A program made the translations under genes and the position numbers. A stretch of DNA of 64,000 bases from Trichoplax adhaerens (lineage: Eukaryota; Animalia; Placozoa): positions 876,272 to 940,271 of the forward strand of contig NW_002060958.1 of the NCBI RefSeq assembly GCF_000150275.1, written 5' to 3'. This document shows positions 13,301 through 27,700 of the stretch, one piece after another; position 1 is the first letter of the stretch, and each line of letters starts with the position of its first letter. A model generated the notes under the pieces. It made no database searches. It was not told the origin of the DNA and saw only the letters and a program-made list of their open reading frames with translations.

Positions 13301-15131
13301 TAGCAGATTGTACTTTCGCGCATGAATATGCTAAGGTAATTATAATTAATTACTGGCTATAATAATTAATCAGTCTACAGCATAACTTCTTCGTAAAGTA
13401 GATTTAAAATAGGTTAGAAACACAGTATCTCTTAAAGTTGCAAACTGCAGCAAGAGTGTTTTAGAAAGTATTGAAATAGGGCTTATTTCTACAAATAGTA
13501 AATGTCAATATTACGTTATGATTCCCTTGCAGGGTAGATAAAAAAATAGATTAGGAATACAACATCTTCGGTTTCTTTAAGCTACAAAAACAATAAGAGT
13601 AGTTTGGAAAGTATTGAAGTATGAATTTATTTCTACAAATAATAAATGTCAATATTACGCAGTGATTCCTTTGCGGGGTAGATTAGAAAATAGATTAAAA
13701 ATACGACATCTCTAGTTTCTTAAAGCTGCAACAGCAACGAGAGTAATTTGGAAAGTATTGAAATATTTCTACAAATAGTAAGTTTTAGCAATGCACTGTA
13801 AATCTTTCACAGGGTAAATTAAAGATCTACATCATCTAGAAATAAGTAATAGACTACTGCTAAATCTTTCGGGAAAATTATAGCAGACAAGCGCTCACGT
13901 CTATACCGGCTAGCAATTGATTTTAATGCCTTACCTATCGTCAACTCCTTCCTAGACTACTATAATTAAACAAGCATCTTCATTTAAAGTTACACCAAAA
14001 TTGATTTAATGCATTGGGAAAACTCATAATTTATAATTAGCGTAGTAAACTGTTAAAGTTTCTCGTGGTGATTCTAACAAATCCATCATTACAATAATAA
14101 AGAAAGACTTTTATAGCTTCTAACCTTGTTGAGATGCAAATTTCGCGTTGATTATTTTAGCAGCATAGTTTGTATTGTCTTGAGGATGTTGGCATTGATA
14201 AACTTCACTAAATGCACCCCTACACGTATGTTTATTGAATTAAAATCAGCTGATAAAATGATATATGCGTCTATTGAAGTAGGAATGATCATTTTCTATC
14301 TACTTGTCCATGGGGTTATGGTAATATACAGAAGAAATGAACTCTTAATATTCAATCTTAATACCTCTATAGTTTAGCTAGTATAAAATTACTCCACCAT
14401 TACTTTAATATCAATCGTGATTGGATTTACACCATTTTTAATTATACTGTTGTTGAAAAGTATAACACTGTCTAATTGATTAAGGTAGGCTTGGACGATG
14501 ATTTAGAACCGATCATTATTTGCGATCTAAATGCCATAATAATCCGTGAGTTATCAGGCCTTTCTGCAGAAGCGAATGCTATCGTAAAACAAGACTGCAA
14601 CGATAGATAATCAGTTTGGAAATGATAATGTATAAAAATTTGGATACACTTTAAGAATATAAAACTGAAAGTAAATATACTGAATAATATTGAAGATATG
14701 TAACGTTGTTACAGTATCATTTTCAATTACGGGTTAATAGTACAAAATAAAAATTCTAAAAGGCATTCATTTGCAAGGAGTTTATCGAGCATAGATAATT
14801 TTGTTTATACTATATCAATGAAGGATAGAGACTAGCCTACTCTAAGAAAAAAGAGATGTTAATTGGTAGTTAATACTATAAAATAGCCGATAGATAGTTT
14901 TGTTTTCATTATTCATTGCAAGTAAAGAAGTAGATTAACTATCGAGGAAAGTCAATATAATTTTACAAACATGTTTTGCAATGGATGATGTATTGTGTCT
15001 GATTTTGCTATTAATGATAAACGAATGTTTTGACTATTACGATTTGAAGTTGAGTCGATTTATCATCCGATAACTTTCAACTATCTTCGTAGTAAACGAT
15101 ACCTTCCAATTTTATCCTTGAATTGATACAT
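10325..15131 (-). CDS. CaMKII-like Ser/Thr kinase (~300 aa, about 13 coding exons; no association domain seen)
   Basis: In-phase GT-AG exons read by hand: 15103-15131 [10 protein letters not shown]; 14125-14219 [15 protein letters not shown]; ~13042-13101 [20 protein letters not shown]; ~12706-12761 VRFYEL..MIFEL; ~12486-12551 VTNGELFQH; ~12075-12147 IIHRDIK; ~11749-11851 [15 protein letters not shown]; ~11310-11392 [23 protein letters not shown]; ~11128-11222 [12 protein letters not shown]; ~10969-11010; ~10772-10852 ALQHPFI; 10436-10519 [20 protein letters not shown]; 10325-10339 [17 protein letters not shown] and YGKP are CaMKII hallmarks. The start codon and last exon are uncertain. Confidence 0.85.
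10670..10694. repeat. (TA)n microsatellite
   Basis: About 12 TA units in a kinase intron. A shorter TA run lies at ~62319-62334. Confidence 0.9.
13425..13835. repeat. Three ~144-bp tandem units in a kinase intron
   Basis: gaaagtattgaa..tatttctacaaata at 13464, 13607 and 13752. Confidence 0.85.
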
Positions 15132-17427
15132 ATTCTAACGGTTAATAGCCAATCCAAGATTAAGTTTACTCATCAGCCATGGTAATAAATTTAACACACC
15201 TGCATGAGAATCAACAATTTAATGACGATCGTTTCTTCTCATTACGATGATTCCTTTTCTTTGCAAGTTTATCTAGTTATAATCACGTGAATTAGTTCAA
15301 ATATTAAATCCGGTCATAAGACTATTTTAAATGTTTAGCTGAACAAAAGATTGATTACTAGACTAGATAATAGTAGGCAACAATAATTAAGTTGATACAC
15401 TAGCAGACTTTATATCTAGACAATACAATAATATTATCTAATACGATGCATTGTCTCTCTTAAGGTGGCATGTTATCAAATCGAATAAATTGTTTTCTTT
15501 TATATTAATACATCTTTGTGATGAAACTGTTAAAATTTCTCTACTGATAAATAATCTATAATCATGGACTATTTTAATCATTTCCAGGTAATATTTTGTG
15601 TAAAATAAGATGCAATGCGATTACAGCTATCGATAAAAATGATGGCATCATGAATAATCAGTAAAATTCGATTCTATCTTTTAGGAGATAAGATAAATAC
15701 GAGTAGCCTTAGTACAGTTTAGATATTTATCTTGTAATTTTATTGATCAAGATTGTTTATTTATTGGATGTATCATACAGCGGAATGGATGTTTTGTTTA
15801 TCGTGGAGATTTTGACGTATTATGCGTGGTATAGATTGCACTTCAAGTTAATCAACGTATTTCTATTATTTTATTCGGAGATGAATACTGCCACCTTATG
15901 CTAAAGAAATTACTATCGTTAGTAGACACTTTAATTCATTTATGAATTACGTTCTTTATAAAGCAGAGGCACACTGATTTGTTCCATCGATATTCTGCTT
16001 ATATTGTAGTGTAGTGATCATCGGTTAAGAAAATGTGATAGAGTAATATCATTAGAATTAAAAAAATTGTGTTAACAAAATAATCCTGTATTTTAGAAGA
16101 TGATATACTATAAATATCGTCCAATCCGGTGAGGTTTTATTCTATTTCATAATTATTGATAAACAATTATTTATCTGCTAAATTGATCAAGCACCGGATG
16201 GATATTTGTTCATGGTGATGGTTTTAATACAGTTTAATTGCGAGAAGAGAAGAGCATTGGCATCGTATTACCAGGGGATGATTGTTATTATTACCGTTTG
16301 CTAAGAGTAGAGGCTCAATTTTTATAAGAACTTTCGCTAATAGCGGCACACTTTCACGTAGGGAGAGGCTGCTTTTATGTTACACTGATGTATAACAGTT
16401 TACTACTTGTCGCATTTTAATAACTGACCTATCGTGGATTCATAAGAACTAAGTAATAGGACAACAGTACTAAATTTGTACACTATTTCAGTGGATGACA
16501 ATATCATCAAATCTAATTGATTGTCAAAATGCAGATTTTACCGTAATTTGTTATGGCAACGCTATTGACTACTGGATCTATTCGATTTTCTTTCTTGGTT
16601 AGTGCTATTAACTCGCTATTACTAATTTATCGGAAGTGGATAGTTAAAATCATTTGGCGTTACACCCATACGTCTACAGTATATGAATATTACCATAATC
16701 AATAAGACAATTCTGGTGAAGAGAAGAACAGATTGTTATTTCTGATTTTATTACTAAGTGGATAATTCTGGTGAAGAGAAGAATAACTTTTAAGTTTTAT
16801 AACATTGACGTACCGAATTAATTAATACTGAGCCTAGATCAAAACTCATTTAATGAATTAGACTCGCTAGAGTAATTTAGTATACAGAATTCTTATGACG
16901 CAATGCTGTATTTCCATCTTTTTTTCCAATATAACTAAAGTAATGGTCATTCTACTCCTACTGTACGTATGTTGACTAGAATTTATGCTCATTATATAGC
17001 GGACGGCTTCAATCCAGCGCAAATGTTGAATTTTTACAATTGGTGAGGTCATGGATAGACACCGAGATGAATAAAAACTGTCGACTTTTGTATCTAGAAT
17101 GACTAGAAATAATCATGAGCCATGCTTAATGGCTATTACTGTAATTCAAAGTATATACTGTATCCAAGTCACTGCCAGGTTGTGCTTATTATTTAAAAGT
17201 ATCCTGAAGTTTGCTTAATGGCTTTTACTGTAACTCATGCAGATAGATCTGTTTAAGAATGCATAAGTCAATGTATTATTTTTATCAACGATTACATAAG
17301 GTAGTCCATTTCATAGTAATCCCGTCAAATCGTCCATTTTATATTTAGAATGACACCAAAGGCAGATGTAGCAGAAAATTTAGGGACAAAATAGTTTAAT
17401 TTAGGGCATGATCATTGACCCATTGCA

Positions 17428-17578
17428 TTTGCAGAGTTATACAGTATGATGAAATACTTTGGTATATACTCGTATCTATATATATATATTGAAAAGTGTT
17501 ACATGCACTTACTAACATATACAGTAATTTATCAGGATATATATACCAAAGTGTTTCATTATACTGTATGACTGCAAA
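17428..17578 (+). repeat. Long inverted repeat (~39-bp arms, ~70-bp spacer)
   Basis: Left arm tttgcagagttatacagtatgatgaaatactttggtatata (17428-17468) pairs with right arm tatataccaaagtgtttcattatactgtatgactgcaaa (17540-17578). Confidence 0.9.
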
Positions 17579-18029
17579 GGGACTAAAGCAAGTTGGTTTT
17601 ATTTCTCTATAGTGAATAATCTTTTTAATATATAATATATATCTATATATGAGTATATCACTTATATATCTATATGCGCGTATATATTATGGATACTATA
17701 TTATATACGACGAGTATATATATAATTAACCTTGGTTTTAATGATTCTAGTCCAACGTCTATAATATGATCATTGATTGAGGCACTATGGACTTGTTACA
17801 ATTTCCTCTTATTTCGTCTAGCCATATTAGAACAGTATATTGCTTACTGTATACTATCGCACGCGAAGTATAACGAGCGAGGGATCTAGTCGTACTTATT
17901 AAAAGTCCCTGGTCAGACAACTACCTCTATCTCAGGGACTTGTAATAAAGAACAAATTGTGAAAAGTTTCAGACCTCGACGCTTACTATATGTTAACATA
18001 CTGTAGAGGACAGCATTATCCGACCTTGG

Positions 18030-18260
18030 ACTCCCCCCTACTGGACTATATTGGGTTTTTCTACTTAACGGTAGTGTGGTCCTTTAAGTGACTTGCTGGT
18101 CCTGAACTGGACCATATGACGTCATGATTCACAGTACTTATCACTGTACTTACAGTGCTGACCAATACTGTAGACGGTAGATGACGTTACCATCGCGGTA
18201 TGACGTAGACGTCGACAGCAAATTCAAATCTTGAGCCTCCATTTTAACGCCATCGATTTG
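18030..18260 (+). promoter_or_regulatory. Probable LNPK core promoter
   Basis: GC-elevated patch 150-380 bp before the ATG. It has a perfect CRE TGACGTCA (18117-18124), further TGACGT at ~18182 and ~18201, CCAAT at ~18162 and a YY1-like CGCCAT at ~18248. Confidence 0.55.
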
Positions 18261-18414
18261 TTCAAGAGTGGATATTATTGCCTTTTCCTGGCTGATTCGA
18301 CAGCATTTTCCTCCTTTTTCCTTGATGATTATGTTGTTGACTTGTTATTTCTACTAGTAGTCGTGTTAGATTGCTATTTTTACTGGTAAGACCATCGGAC
18401 TCGATCGATTCAAC

Positions 18415-21400
18415 ATGGGTTCCTTTATCGGAATACTCAAGGTAAGTCCGTGCTGAGATTAACGGTTGCGTCCAGTCATGATCCATGCTGGATAATGAAT
18501 TAATCCATCAGCATTATTATTCCATCCACTTTCCATTTAATCTTGATACCTTGATGATGTATGTATAGCAAGATGTCTTGTGAGTGCTTTAGAAAGTACA
18601 ATTGACCCATATGCTTGTCTGCGATGATAATGGAAAGAGACGAGAATTGTGGTCGAGATTCTCTTTGACTCCCTTTTAGTCAACACTTGACTCATTAGAC
18701 CATTGCGATTGCACCTTGCTGGAAATCGGTAAACGACTTACTAGCTATTGATGCAAGGATATCCAATTAACCCTTAGTACCTTGGATTGGTATTGGGACT
18801 TGTTTTCACGATGGCGATTGTACCTCGCTTGAATGGGTAGATTACTTTTGGATGGATGCTATAGATATTCTAAGCTTGACCCTTCATTCATGAAGAATGC
18901 CTTGCATTCGTCTTCGACTCTATCTAGCCTACTGCAGTGGAGAAAATGGCCTACGACATGGACTGTCTCCAATGGATTGATAGAGCATGATAACCAAGGC
19001 TTTAAAAATGACCACCATTTTAGTCATCATCCTATTTCACCTGCTATCGTTGCAGCCGTATCCCTTCCACACCAATGGTTGCTTCAATAACTGTGTTAGT
19101 TTAGCGTTGATCGTTATTCTGAGCATTCCATAATATCAATCCTTTTAAATCCATTTCGGAATAGATTGAATGCCTCTACTAGGCTAAGGTAAACCGTTTT
19201 GGAATAAGAGTGCAAACCACAAATTGAAAACGTCATTGAAATAATTCCAATTTCAATCATCATTCAATTTAATTTTACCATCTCTGGTTCAATAAAATGG
19301 CAACTGTATCGCTTTCATCGATGATTGCTTGAATCGTTGTACTGTATATTGAACCTTTTACGGGATGGATATCTTTCCCTCGCCTTCAACGAATTCAATC
19401 ATCTTCAATCTATTTTTGAGTCGATAAAATGAGTTATAAGACTTTTGCATGAGTACATGATCTAAAATAATACAACCTATGGATCGAAACCACGAATGAA
19501 ATAGGCCCAATTTGAAAATGAAAAGGCTAAATCTTTCATCCCTTGTTCAACATAATCGCAGTAATACAATTTGCTAGCAAATTCATTTTTAATGAACTTG
19601 ATGGACATATCTTAATAGACGACGAATACTTTTCCACTAGTATCTTGGATCATATTGAAATACAGCTACCATAATGATCAGTGAATTGGTTAAAAAATTC
19701 GTAAATTCAACATACAACACAACCATAACCATAATATACTTTTACGTCTTGACCTATCGTACGCATAGGAGTATTCTCGAATATTGTATCATCTGATCTA
19801 CTATGTACATGTCTCATTATGTGAGGATCATCTAATAATTAATGTTGTCTTTATTTTCTATCTTTGTAATTTCATCGATACGCTTCTCTCAGAAAAACAA
19901 ATCGTCCAAAGAGATTCTGGAAGATATTGAGGAGGTAAGTCGTATTACTACCGTCGATCTTAACCATTCGATAATTATGGATATAGTCAAGGTTAACGTA
20001 GCATGATATCGTAATATCCTTTCAATAACAGTTTCATAACATTAATGTTATGCCCTAGTCAATAGTAGTATCAAAGTCCGTTATAGTTTCCTACCCTACC
20101 GCAAAACTACGCTATTGATCTACGCTACGTTATTAACCAAAGTCGAGATATCATCCAATGTCTTATTGGAGGATATGCAATCTCAAAGTCTCTCTTTTTA
20201 CTATTGGATGATAACGAATCGTTCAAAACTTGAGTCTTGATGAAAATAGTACTTGCTTTCGCTACATGACGAGAATCATCAACGAAATCTGTAAATATTG
20301 AAATAGTGATACACAATTTTTCTATAATTGAACTTTAACTGTAACAACAGCAAGGTAACAATCATGCAGTTCATTACTCAGAATTTTCCTAATCAATCAC
20401 CAATCGCTACACTCACAATTATCACCCATCCAAAATATTTAATTATAACCAACATTGCATCGATAATTAATGAACAAATTGTAATAATCTAATCCTATCG
20501 TTATCATTGTTCCATATATTATTTAGAAAATTAAAAATAATGAATCTACGAAACGCCTTTACGATCATCGCTTGAAAAATGTCACTTTCGATTTAGTGGC
20601 AGTAGTCCTTCCTTTATATATTACAAGCTTGATTGGATATTACTACCTTTATCTACCGGAACAAACTCCAGATAAAATCATTTATTCTCTACCTTTCGCC
20701 GTTGTTCCATTCGGGTAAGCAAAACAACAACTTATACATTACTACAGTAGGGCAAGCATTGGATAACGAAGCAATGTTCCGCAAACTTTACGTTTATGTA
20801 GAGACTGATTATACTGTAGCTAGTTCATGCTAACTTTTCTTATGATTACCATTTTAAAGTTACTGTTATTCAGTTGTACTTACCTACGAAAAAATAGCTA
20901 GATAATTATATTGCAGATACGGCTTACTGCAAGTTACTTGCAATTGAATTGCTTGATTAAGATCACTATAGTGCTTATGAATCATAGTTATAAAGATCTA
21001 CTATACGCAAGTGTTCTTTTTTGAATCCACATTATGTATAGGGCTTATGGCATTAAAAAATTCCTTGAATACTGGTATAAAAAAGCTATTGGTAAATCAA
21101 GTAAGTGAAATTGTCGCCTAAACTAAATACGTCTCAGTCACAGTTAATAGAACTCTCTCCATTTCGATATAATGTGTAGTTCTTTCATGAAATAATTTAA
21201 AAAGCTTATCTATTCTATATGTACCTTCTAGTAGCAGGCAATAATACTTTACTGTTGACATCAGCATAATTTTACACCTTTATTTATCTATTCTAGACCT
21301 TACACTAAGAGAATTGCAAGATAGCAAAAAGAAAGTGGTAATGCTGCAATTTGCTAAAAATCTTATCGAGCTAATCCTTGCCAAATCATATCTCGATTAT

Positions 21401-23192
21401 TGTACTAAAGCTACAGTTAGATTTCTCACCGAAATGCTCTATATCCTATTAAATTTTTACAGTACAACATAATGAGTGACTGCTTACAATATCTCTATTC
21501 ATCACTGTAGTTAGAAGAAGTAATGGAAAAGGAGACCTACAAAACTGCTAAAGAAATATTAGAACGATTCGATCCCGCCTCTAAAAAATTACAGGTATGC
21601 CCATAGTATATTTAGTCAAAGTTGCAATGCTTAAAAATTGCCTTACGGTTTCAAAATTAAATAAAATTTTGTGTTTACTTCCTAGATGTTTAATCAAGAA
21701 GCTAATAATACAGGTACTACACTGGCTACTAAATAGACATTCAATTGTTTTATTTAACTTTGACTTTCATGCTCTTATATCGTCAGCAATAGATAAACTT
21801 TGTTGCAATAATTTCTTATGCACCAGATATTAGACGACGAGGGAATGCCGCAACCAAAGCTAAGAAAAAGCCTGATGATGGTGCTAATAATTCAGTAGTA
21901 TTAGCCGATGTTGCGCTTAGGCAGCAACAGCAGCTGTTGTACCAGGAAAAAATTATCAAGGAGCAACATTTGAAACTTCAAAAGCAAAACGACCAAATAT
22001 CTCAAGGATCGAAACTTTTACAATCTAAAAAATCTAATGATTCTAAAAATACTACATCTACGTCTGAGAATATTGAAAGCAGCATAAACGCAGCTAATGA
22101 AGTCACTGAAACCAATAAAACTAAACAAATCACTCGGGTGAAGAGACAGTCAAACAAGCCGAAGGTGATGACGATGATTACTTACTTTTATTACCAGGTA
22201 CGTGGGTAAGAATTAATTCATTAAATCTCATAAATAGCCCACCGTAATTAAGGTGTATGTAATATTAGGTAGATAAACTGAATAATTTGACAAGTAGCCG
22301 ATTGTAGTATGTTTAAACGTTAATTACTGCCTAACTTCAGTATTGTTTACCGGTGTCTTATCTTTTTCAATAGGAACTGCTACCGATGGAAACAAAGAAC
22401 CTGTCTCATATCCAATCTTACCAAAAGATCGTAGCATGACTGATAAGGTAATTTCTTGTTTAATACGTTTTTATCTACTGTATATGGATGACTAAAAAAG
22501 GGTGTTTTTACATTTCCAACAATGCATATATTTAGATTATGGAGTATTTTGTTGGTGATGGCCCTACCAATCGATACGCTCTAATTTGTAGCAATTGTGC
22601 TGGCCACAATGGGATGGCTCTAAAGGAAGAATTCGAATACACAAGTATGAATGTAGAACCTGTAGATAGTATTACACGGGATTTATTGTAATGATAATAT
22701 AATTAACATAATACATACTTATGTCTGTTTGATCTGTTTGATGTCTATAATATAACCACCATTTTGCTGATAAATTCATCCCGACATGTAATAGCATTTA
22801 GATGTGCTTACTGCCGATACTTAAACCCATCACGAAAAAGAAGGCAGTCAGCACCTCCTTTAAATGTGTCACTATCAGAATCAGGTACAATAGTATGCTA
22901 TCAAATGCAATCATTATCGATAATAAAACTATGTTACATGCACGAATAGCACGGCTACTTCTGACTGATATTTTCTCAACACTTAGTACCTACGTCAACC
23001 TTGGCTAGCGATACCAAAAATACTCTTTCAACGCCTTCCTCGAAAAGGAAGGTAATCCATACGAGTACGCCCAAGGTAAAAGAAACAAAACCACCTGATG
23101 TCGGGCCGAAAGCAAGTGAATCTACGTCCTTAGCTGCTGTAACGGAAGAAAGTACAATTCGAAACGAAGATGAAAGTTCCAACGAATCATAA
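18415..23192 (+). CDS. LNPK: Lunapark, ER three-way junction protein (multi-exon)
   Basis: Exon 18415-18441 MGSFIGILK (MG myristoylation start); ~19893-19934 KNKSSKEILEDIEE; ~20527-20713 transmembrane hairpin; ~21511-21594 LEEVMEKETYKTAKEILERFDP; ~22537-22643 VGDGPTNRYALICSNCAGHNGMALKEEF; ~22795-22885 FRCAYCRYLNPSRK (C4 zinc finger and LNPARK-like motif). The terminal exon ends at stop 23192. Confidence 0.93.
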
Positions 23193-24732
23193 TAGCCTAC
23201 TAGAAAGGGTTAAATGCTATCTATAAAAAACTGTGCTTTTCATTATTTAACAGCTAATACGAATATATCCTTATATTAGTGCCAGCTCAAGTAAAAGACT
23301 AGTAACCTTTCTGATTGTACAGTTCTTTACCAGAAAAAAAAGTAAATTTTATTATTTCTAAAATTATCACTTTCTTGCCGCTATTATTGAAATGCTACTG
23401 CTTCTGTAACATATTCGTATGATAATTGTTAAACCCTCGATAGAATTTAGCTAAGTCCTATAATGAACGTACCATAACGATATAATTGTTCTCCTAGTGG
23501 AAGTAAATTGAAATTTTTATCGGATTTATTTGATTGGGTACTTTGATCTCTTGTATTTAAGAACAACTTGGAGTTAATATATTTCACCAGATCCTTAGAA
23601 AAAATTATGCACCTTTTTTACCCATATTGTATATCAATAATACCTTATATTTCTAACCTCTGTATTAACTTATTACGTCATTAATAAATACAAGAATGAA
23701 TTTAACAATTGATTTTATGACTTTACCCAATTTCCAGCTATGTACTGTATATTCGCTAGAGCATGAAATCGCCCGTTAGATTTAAAGAATATGACGAAAC
23801 GGTTACAATCTTACAGACTATCTATAGCCACTATTTGGAAATATTTCCCAGATAAATTGTATAAATTTTAAACATTACTTTTCTTGGTTGTTTCTGATCG
23901 ATAAAGAGAAAGCCCTTTTAGTCAAGAACTGCAACGAGTTCAGGAAGCAAACAGGTTTATTACTCGAGTACTTTGATTCCATGAAACAAGAATACAATTG
24001 ATGTTCATCATTGCTCTCACAAGCTAAAATCAAGATATCCGCTTTCATTACCGGTACTTACAATTAACACCCTAAAGTTACAAGTCAGAAGATATATAGT
24101 ATATCCTATAGTAGCTGGTGTATACGATTGGCGATATTTAACATATTCGTTTACTCTCATGAATTGTATCATAATTACAAAGACATTTAAAAATTATATA
24201 TGTATGTGAGAAAAACAATGTTGCACACCTATAGAAAATAGTTCTTGTTCAGAGTTTTACATATTAGTAATAATAACAGTAAAATATCTTTAAAGTAAAT
24301 GTGCAATAGTTCAAGATGCAACCTTGATAGTGTGTATACAGTAGTATTGTTATTGGATAAATAGCTTCGTATCCTATACAACTCCAATCAGGATCATAAC
24401 TTATTCAATAGTAAATTTATGAAACTTATCAAACACCGCTATCGAAATGCAGCTAGTACTCGGATTGTTACAGTTGAGTAACAGTAGTAGCCACGCCTAA
24501 TGAAGTAAATCTGTGGTAATAATAGTAACTAAATTATTATTTGAAAAATTTCAGGAGGCAATCGAATGAAAGCATACAGAATTACGATGTTCAAATTATA
24601 ACCTTTTATTTACACCAAATTAAACTAATGCTATATTACATTATGTGCTAATTTATATCCGTAACATCTGCAATTTATCTTACATCAATGTCCTTTAATC
24701 GATTGGCATAGTGTAGTACGAAATTGTATATC

Positions 24733-27700
24733 CTATGATCTATTATTTTTAGTGTTGGGTGACGTATATGAATGTTGTCGATGCTTTGGGTTTAAGGTAT
24801 TCTTTGAATAATTATCGGAAGTAAAATTGGTCGATTTAAACATTTGATGAGGAGGAGCAAATGCAGATGGTGTTATATCGCAAACTGATGTATTATCATT
24901 GTCATTTAAATTCGGTGACTGTTGTATAACAGAGCTTTCAAACGAAAAAGTCTGATTTAATCCACTATGGACTACATTTCCAGGCGATACAGATGATCCA
25001 CGAATAAAGTTGGGCGATACATCCTTACCACGAGCACTAGCGATCGTATTTGACCATATTCCATGGTGAGGTCGAATTGTCTCAGACATCAACGGGTCTA
25101 TCGCCCCTAATTTCATTACAGAACTGGACGTGATTTCTGGAGACAAATTTCTTGGTGGATGCGTTATATTATATTGAGTATTATGCAATGGCGATGGATC
25201 TGCAATTTGAGGTGATGTACCGACAGAAGTCATATCATCTTCACTGCCACTATCTTCACGATCAGTTGGCGTTTCAACATCAGGAGGTAAGATACGAGCT
25301 CCACTATTATTATTATTATTACCTTCCATAGCAACTTCAGCTAATACAGCAGCCACCTCTTCAGCAGTTACATCATCTATTTCACCATTTTTCCCACTAG
25401 CGATATCGCTAGCTATATCGAAAAGCATATCTGTATCCAGAGAATGAAACTCTCCAGGTATGTTCATGTTGGATAAAAATTCGGGTAAAACAGGCGATAA
25501 ACGATTAAAAGAATGAGGTGTAGGAGTTCTCTGTGAAATCAAATCACTTCCACTATCAGACAGTCGGGACAGCATGTAAGGGGGGGATTCTCTTTCCGAG
25601 GATAATTTAGCCGATTTTTTAGCAAGTTTATTAGACATTTTCGATGACTTCTTCGATTGCTCTTTTACTTTCAATTTTCGTTTGATACCTCTGGCATCTT
25701 GGTTCATTGCTGATCTTGGACCATTATTCAATATCTGCGTAAAAATTGTTGTAGATTCAATTACATTTACTTAGTTCTCCATACTTTTCCTATTCAGCTC
25801 TTAATAATTTATAATTAATTATGCAAAGTACCGTAACCTTACTATTTTACTTTACAATTACTGTGATAGACTACAGTCATACCTTCTTTTTTGAATGTTC
25901 TTCACATAACGGTTTATCATTTAAAAAATCGAGAGTAGTCTTGGCGCAAGAAATACCACCAGGGAATTTTGCAGTACACGAGGCAAAAAGGACCTGCTCT
26001 TTATCGTATGAAATATCTGTAGTAACATAAACGTTAAAGAGAAATACCAAACAACACACAACAAACCTATGTGTAGACCGATTTGCAATTGCATAGTAGA
26101 TAAAATGGTTAATAAATCAATTTTATTGTTACTGCTACCGCTTATTACAATTGCTGAAAAGATACGCAGATCACAATATTTTGAATATGGTAATGCATTC
26201 TTTGAACATCTAGTTTCTTCATCATCAATGTAACAACAGGTGATGATAACTGATTGACGCTTAGTAAGCCTAATAAAAAAAATGAATGTACACTAAGTTG
26301 ATGGTATTATTTCCCTATTTTATAGTATAACCATCCAACCTTTTTGCATGGTCCTTTTCGCATAATATTCTGGCAGCTAAATATGGACTTTGTTTAGTTG
26401 TTTTCAACAAGAACTTTAGGTAGCGATCCAAGGCTTTAGACTGCCTAGTATTTTGGCTAGTGAATCGAGCGATCTGGTAGACTTCTCGCCTTAGCTTATC
26501 ACGTAAACAAGTTTTTCTTCTAGTACGGATACTTTCATAATCTAATTGGCTATCATTTGCACTACAACGTGAGTATTAAGATAGGATATTTTAAATATCA
26601 ATTACCCTAAAGCAACTAGAATCATACCTTCATGACAAAATGTCTATGGAAATAAAATAATATGAAGACATTTTAATAATTATTTTTTACCTTGCGTCAT
26701 CCGTATCCCAATAAGGATCTAAGCAAGACTTTTGCCAATAACGATTGTATTCAATATCTCCAGCATCAGGTTCGTCAGTGCCAGAGGAAGACAAGTATTC
26801 ATTGTCGACTAATAATTTTTGAAAATACGTATACATATATATTTATGCATATAAGTGACATTTAATTATAAGCAATGATTGATGGTCGATCAGTACTTTA
26901 CATTTTCACCAGTAACATTATTAAGCGCTGTACAGATACAGCCGTGCCTAGAGTAAAACTATAATACTGTGTAGGTATTATGCAAACCTGATAACAGGAT
27001 ATTACGCATAAATTTCTTTTGATTTCGCCTCATTTCTCGCATTGCTTTGACACTAGGGTACTTGACATTAATGGCAATTCGTTTCTTCGCCTTTACTTTC
27101 TTCTTTTTTACATTTTGTACAACAGGACGTCGTACCAAAACATTTTTCTCGGATTTCTATAAGGCCAATAAGGAATAAAATATTCCAATTAACAGGTAGT
27201 AGATGTATTTATTATAGAAGCAACAATCATGTATTAACTAACCGTCTTTAATTTCTTTTTTGATTCCTTAATTGTAGATTTCGGTAACCCTTTCAGCTTT
27301 TTCTTCTTTTCTGCTTTTAATCCTTTCCCATGCTTTATTGCTTTTTCATGCTTTATTCCTTTTTCATTTTTACGATGATGATGCTGCGGCGACCGATGAC
27401 GACGATGTTTGCGATGCTTTTCTGCTTTCGCATCTGATTTTTTCAATTTCGTCTTGACGTTTTTATACTGTGGCTTTATTTCCACTGATGATAGCGATTC
27501 CGATTCTGACTCTGATAATACTTCATCACCTTTTCTTTTCCTAGATTTCTTGGGCTTTACTCCTAATACTTGTAAATGGCTATTGCAATATCTGTACACG
27601 TAAAGATGAAAGAGGTTAGCATTAGAAAAATGCTAGTCTATCAAGTTGGAAAGAACTCAGAATATTATCACTTAGCGAAGTCTACTTTAAAAGAAATGCA

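Noticed and set aside
14126-14377. Plus-strand 83-aa ORF and similar short antisense ORFs over exons
   Set aside because: They are shadows of real exons on the opposite strand or intron read-through in the ORF track.
15760-16310. Two faintly similar segments (~15780 and ~16195) resembling a decayed exon duplication
   Set aside because: The similarity is too weak and frames are interrupted, so no product can be assigned.
16709-16783. 20-bp direct repeat aattctggtgaagagaagaa
   Set aside because: An isolated micro-duplication with no element between the copies.
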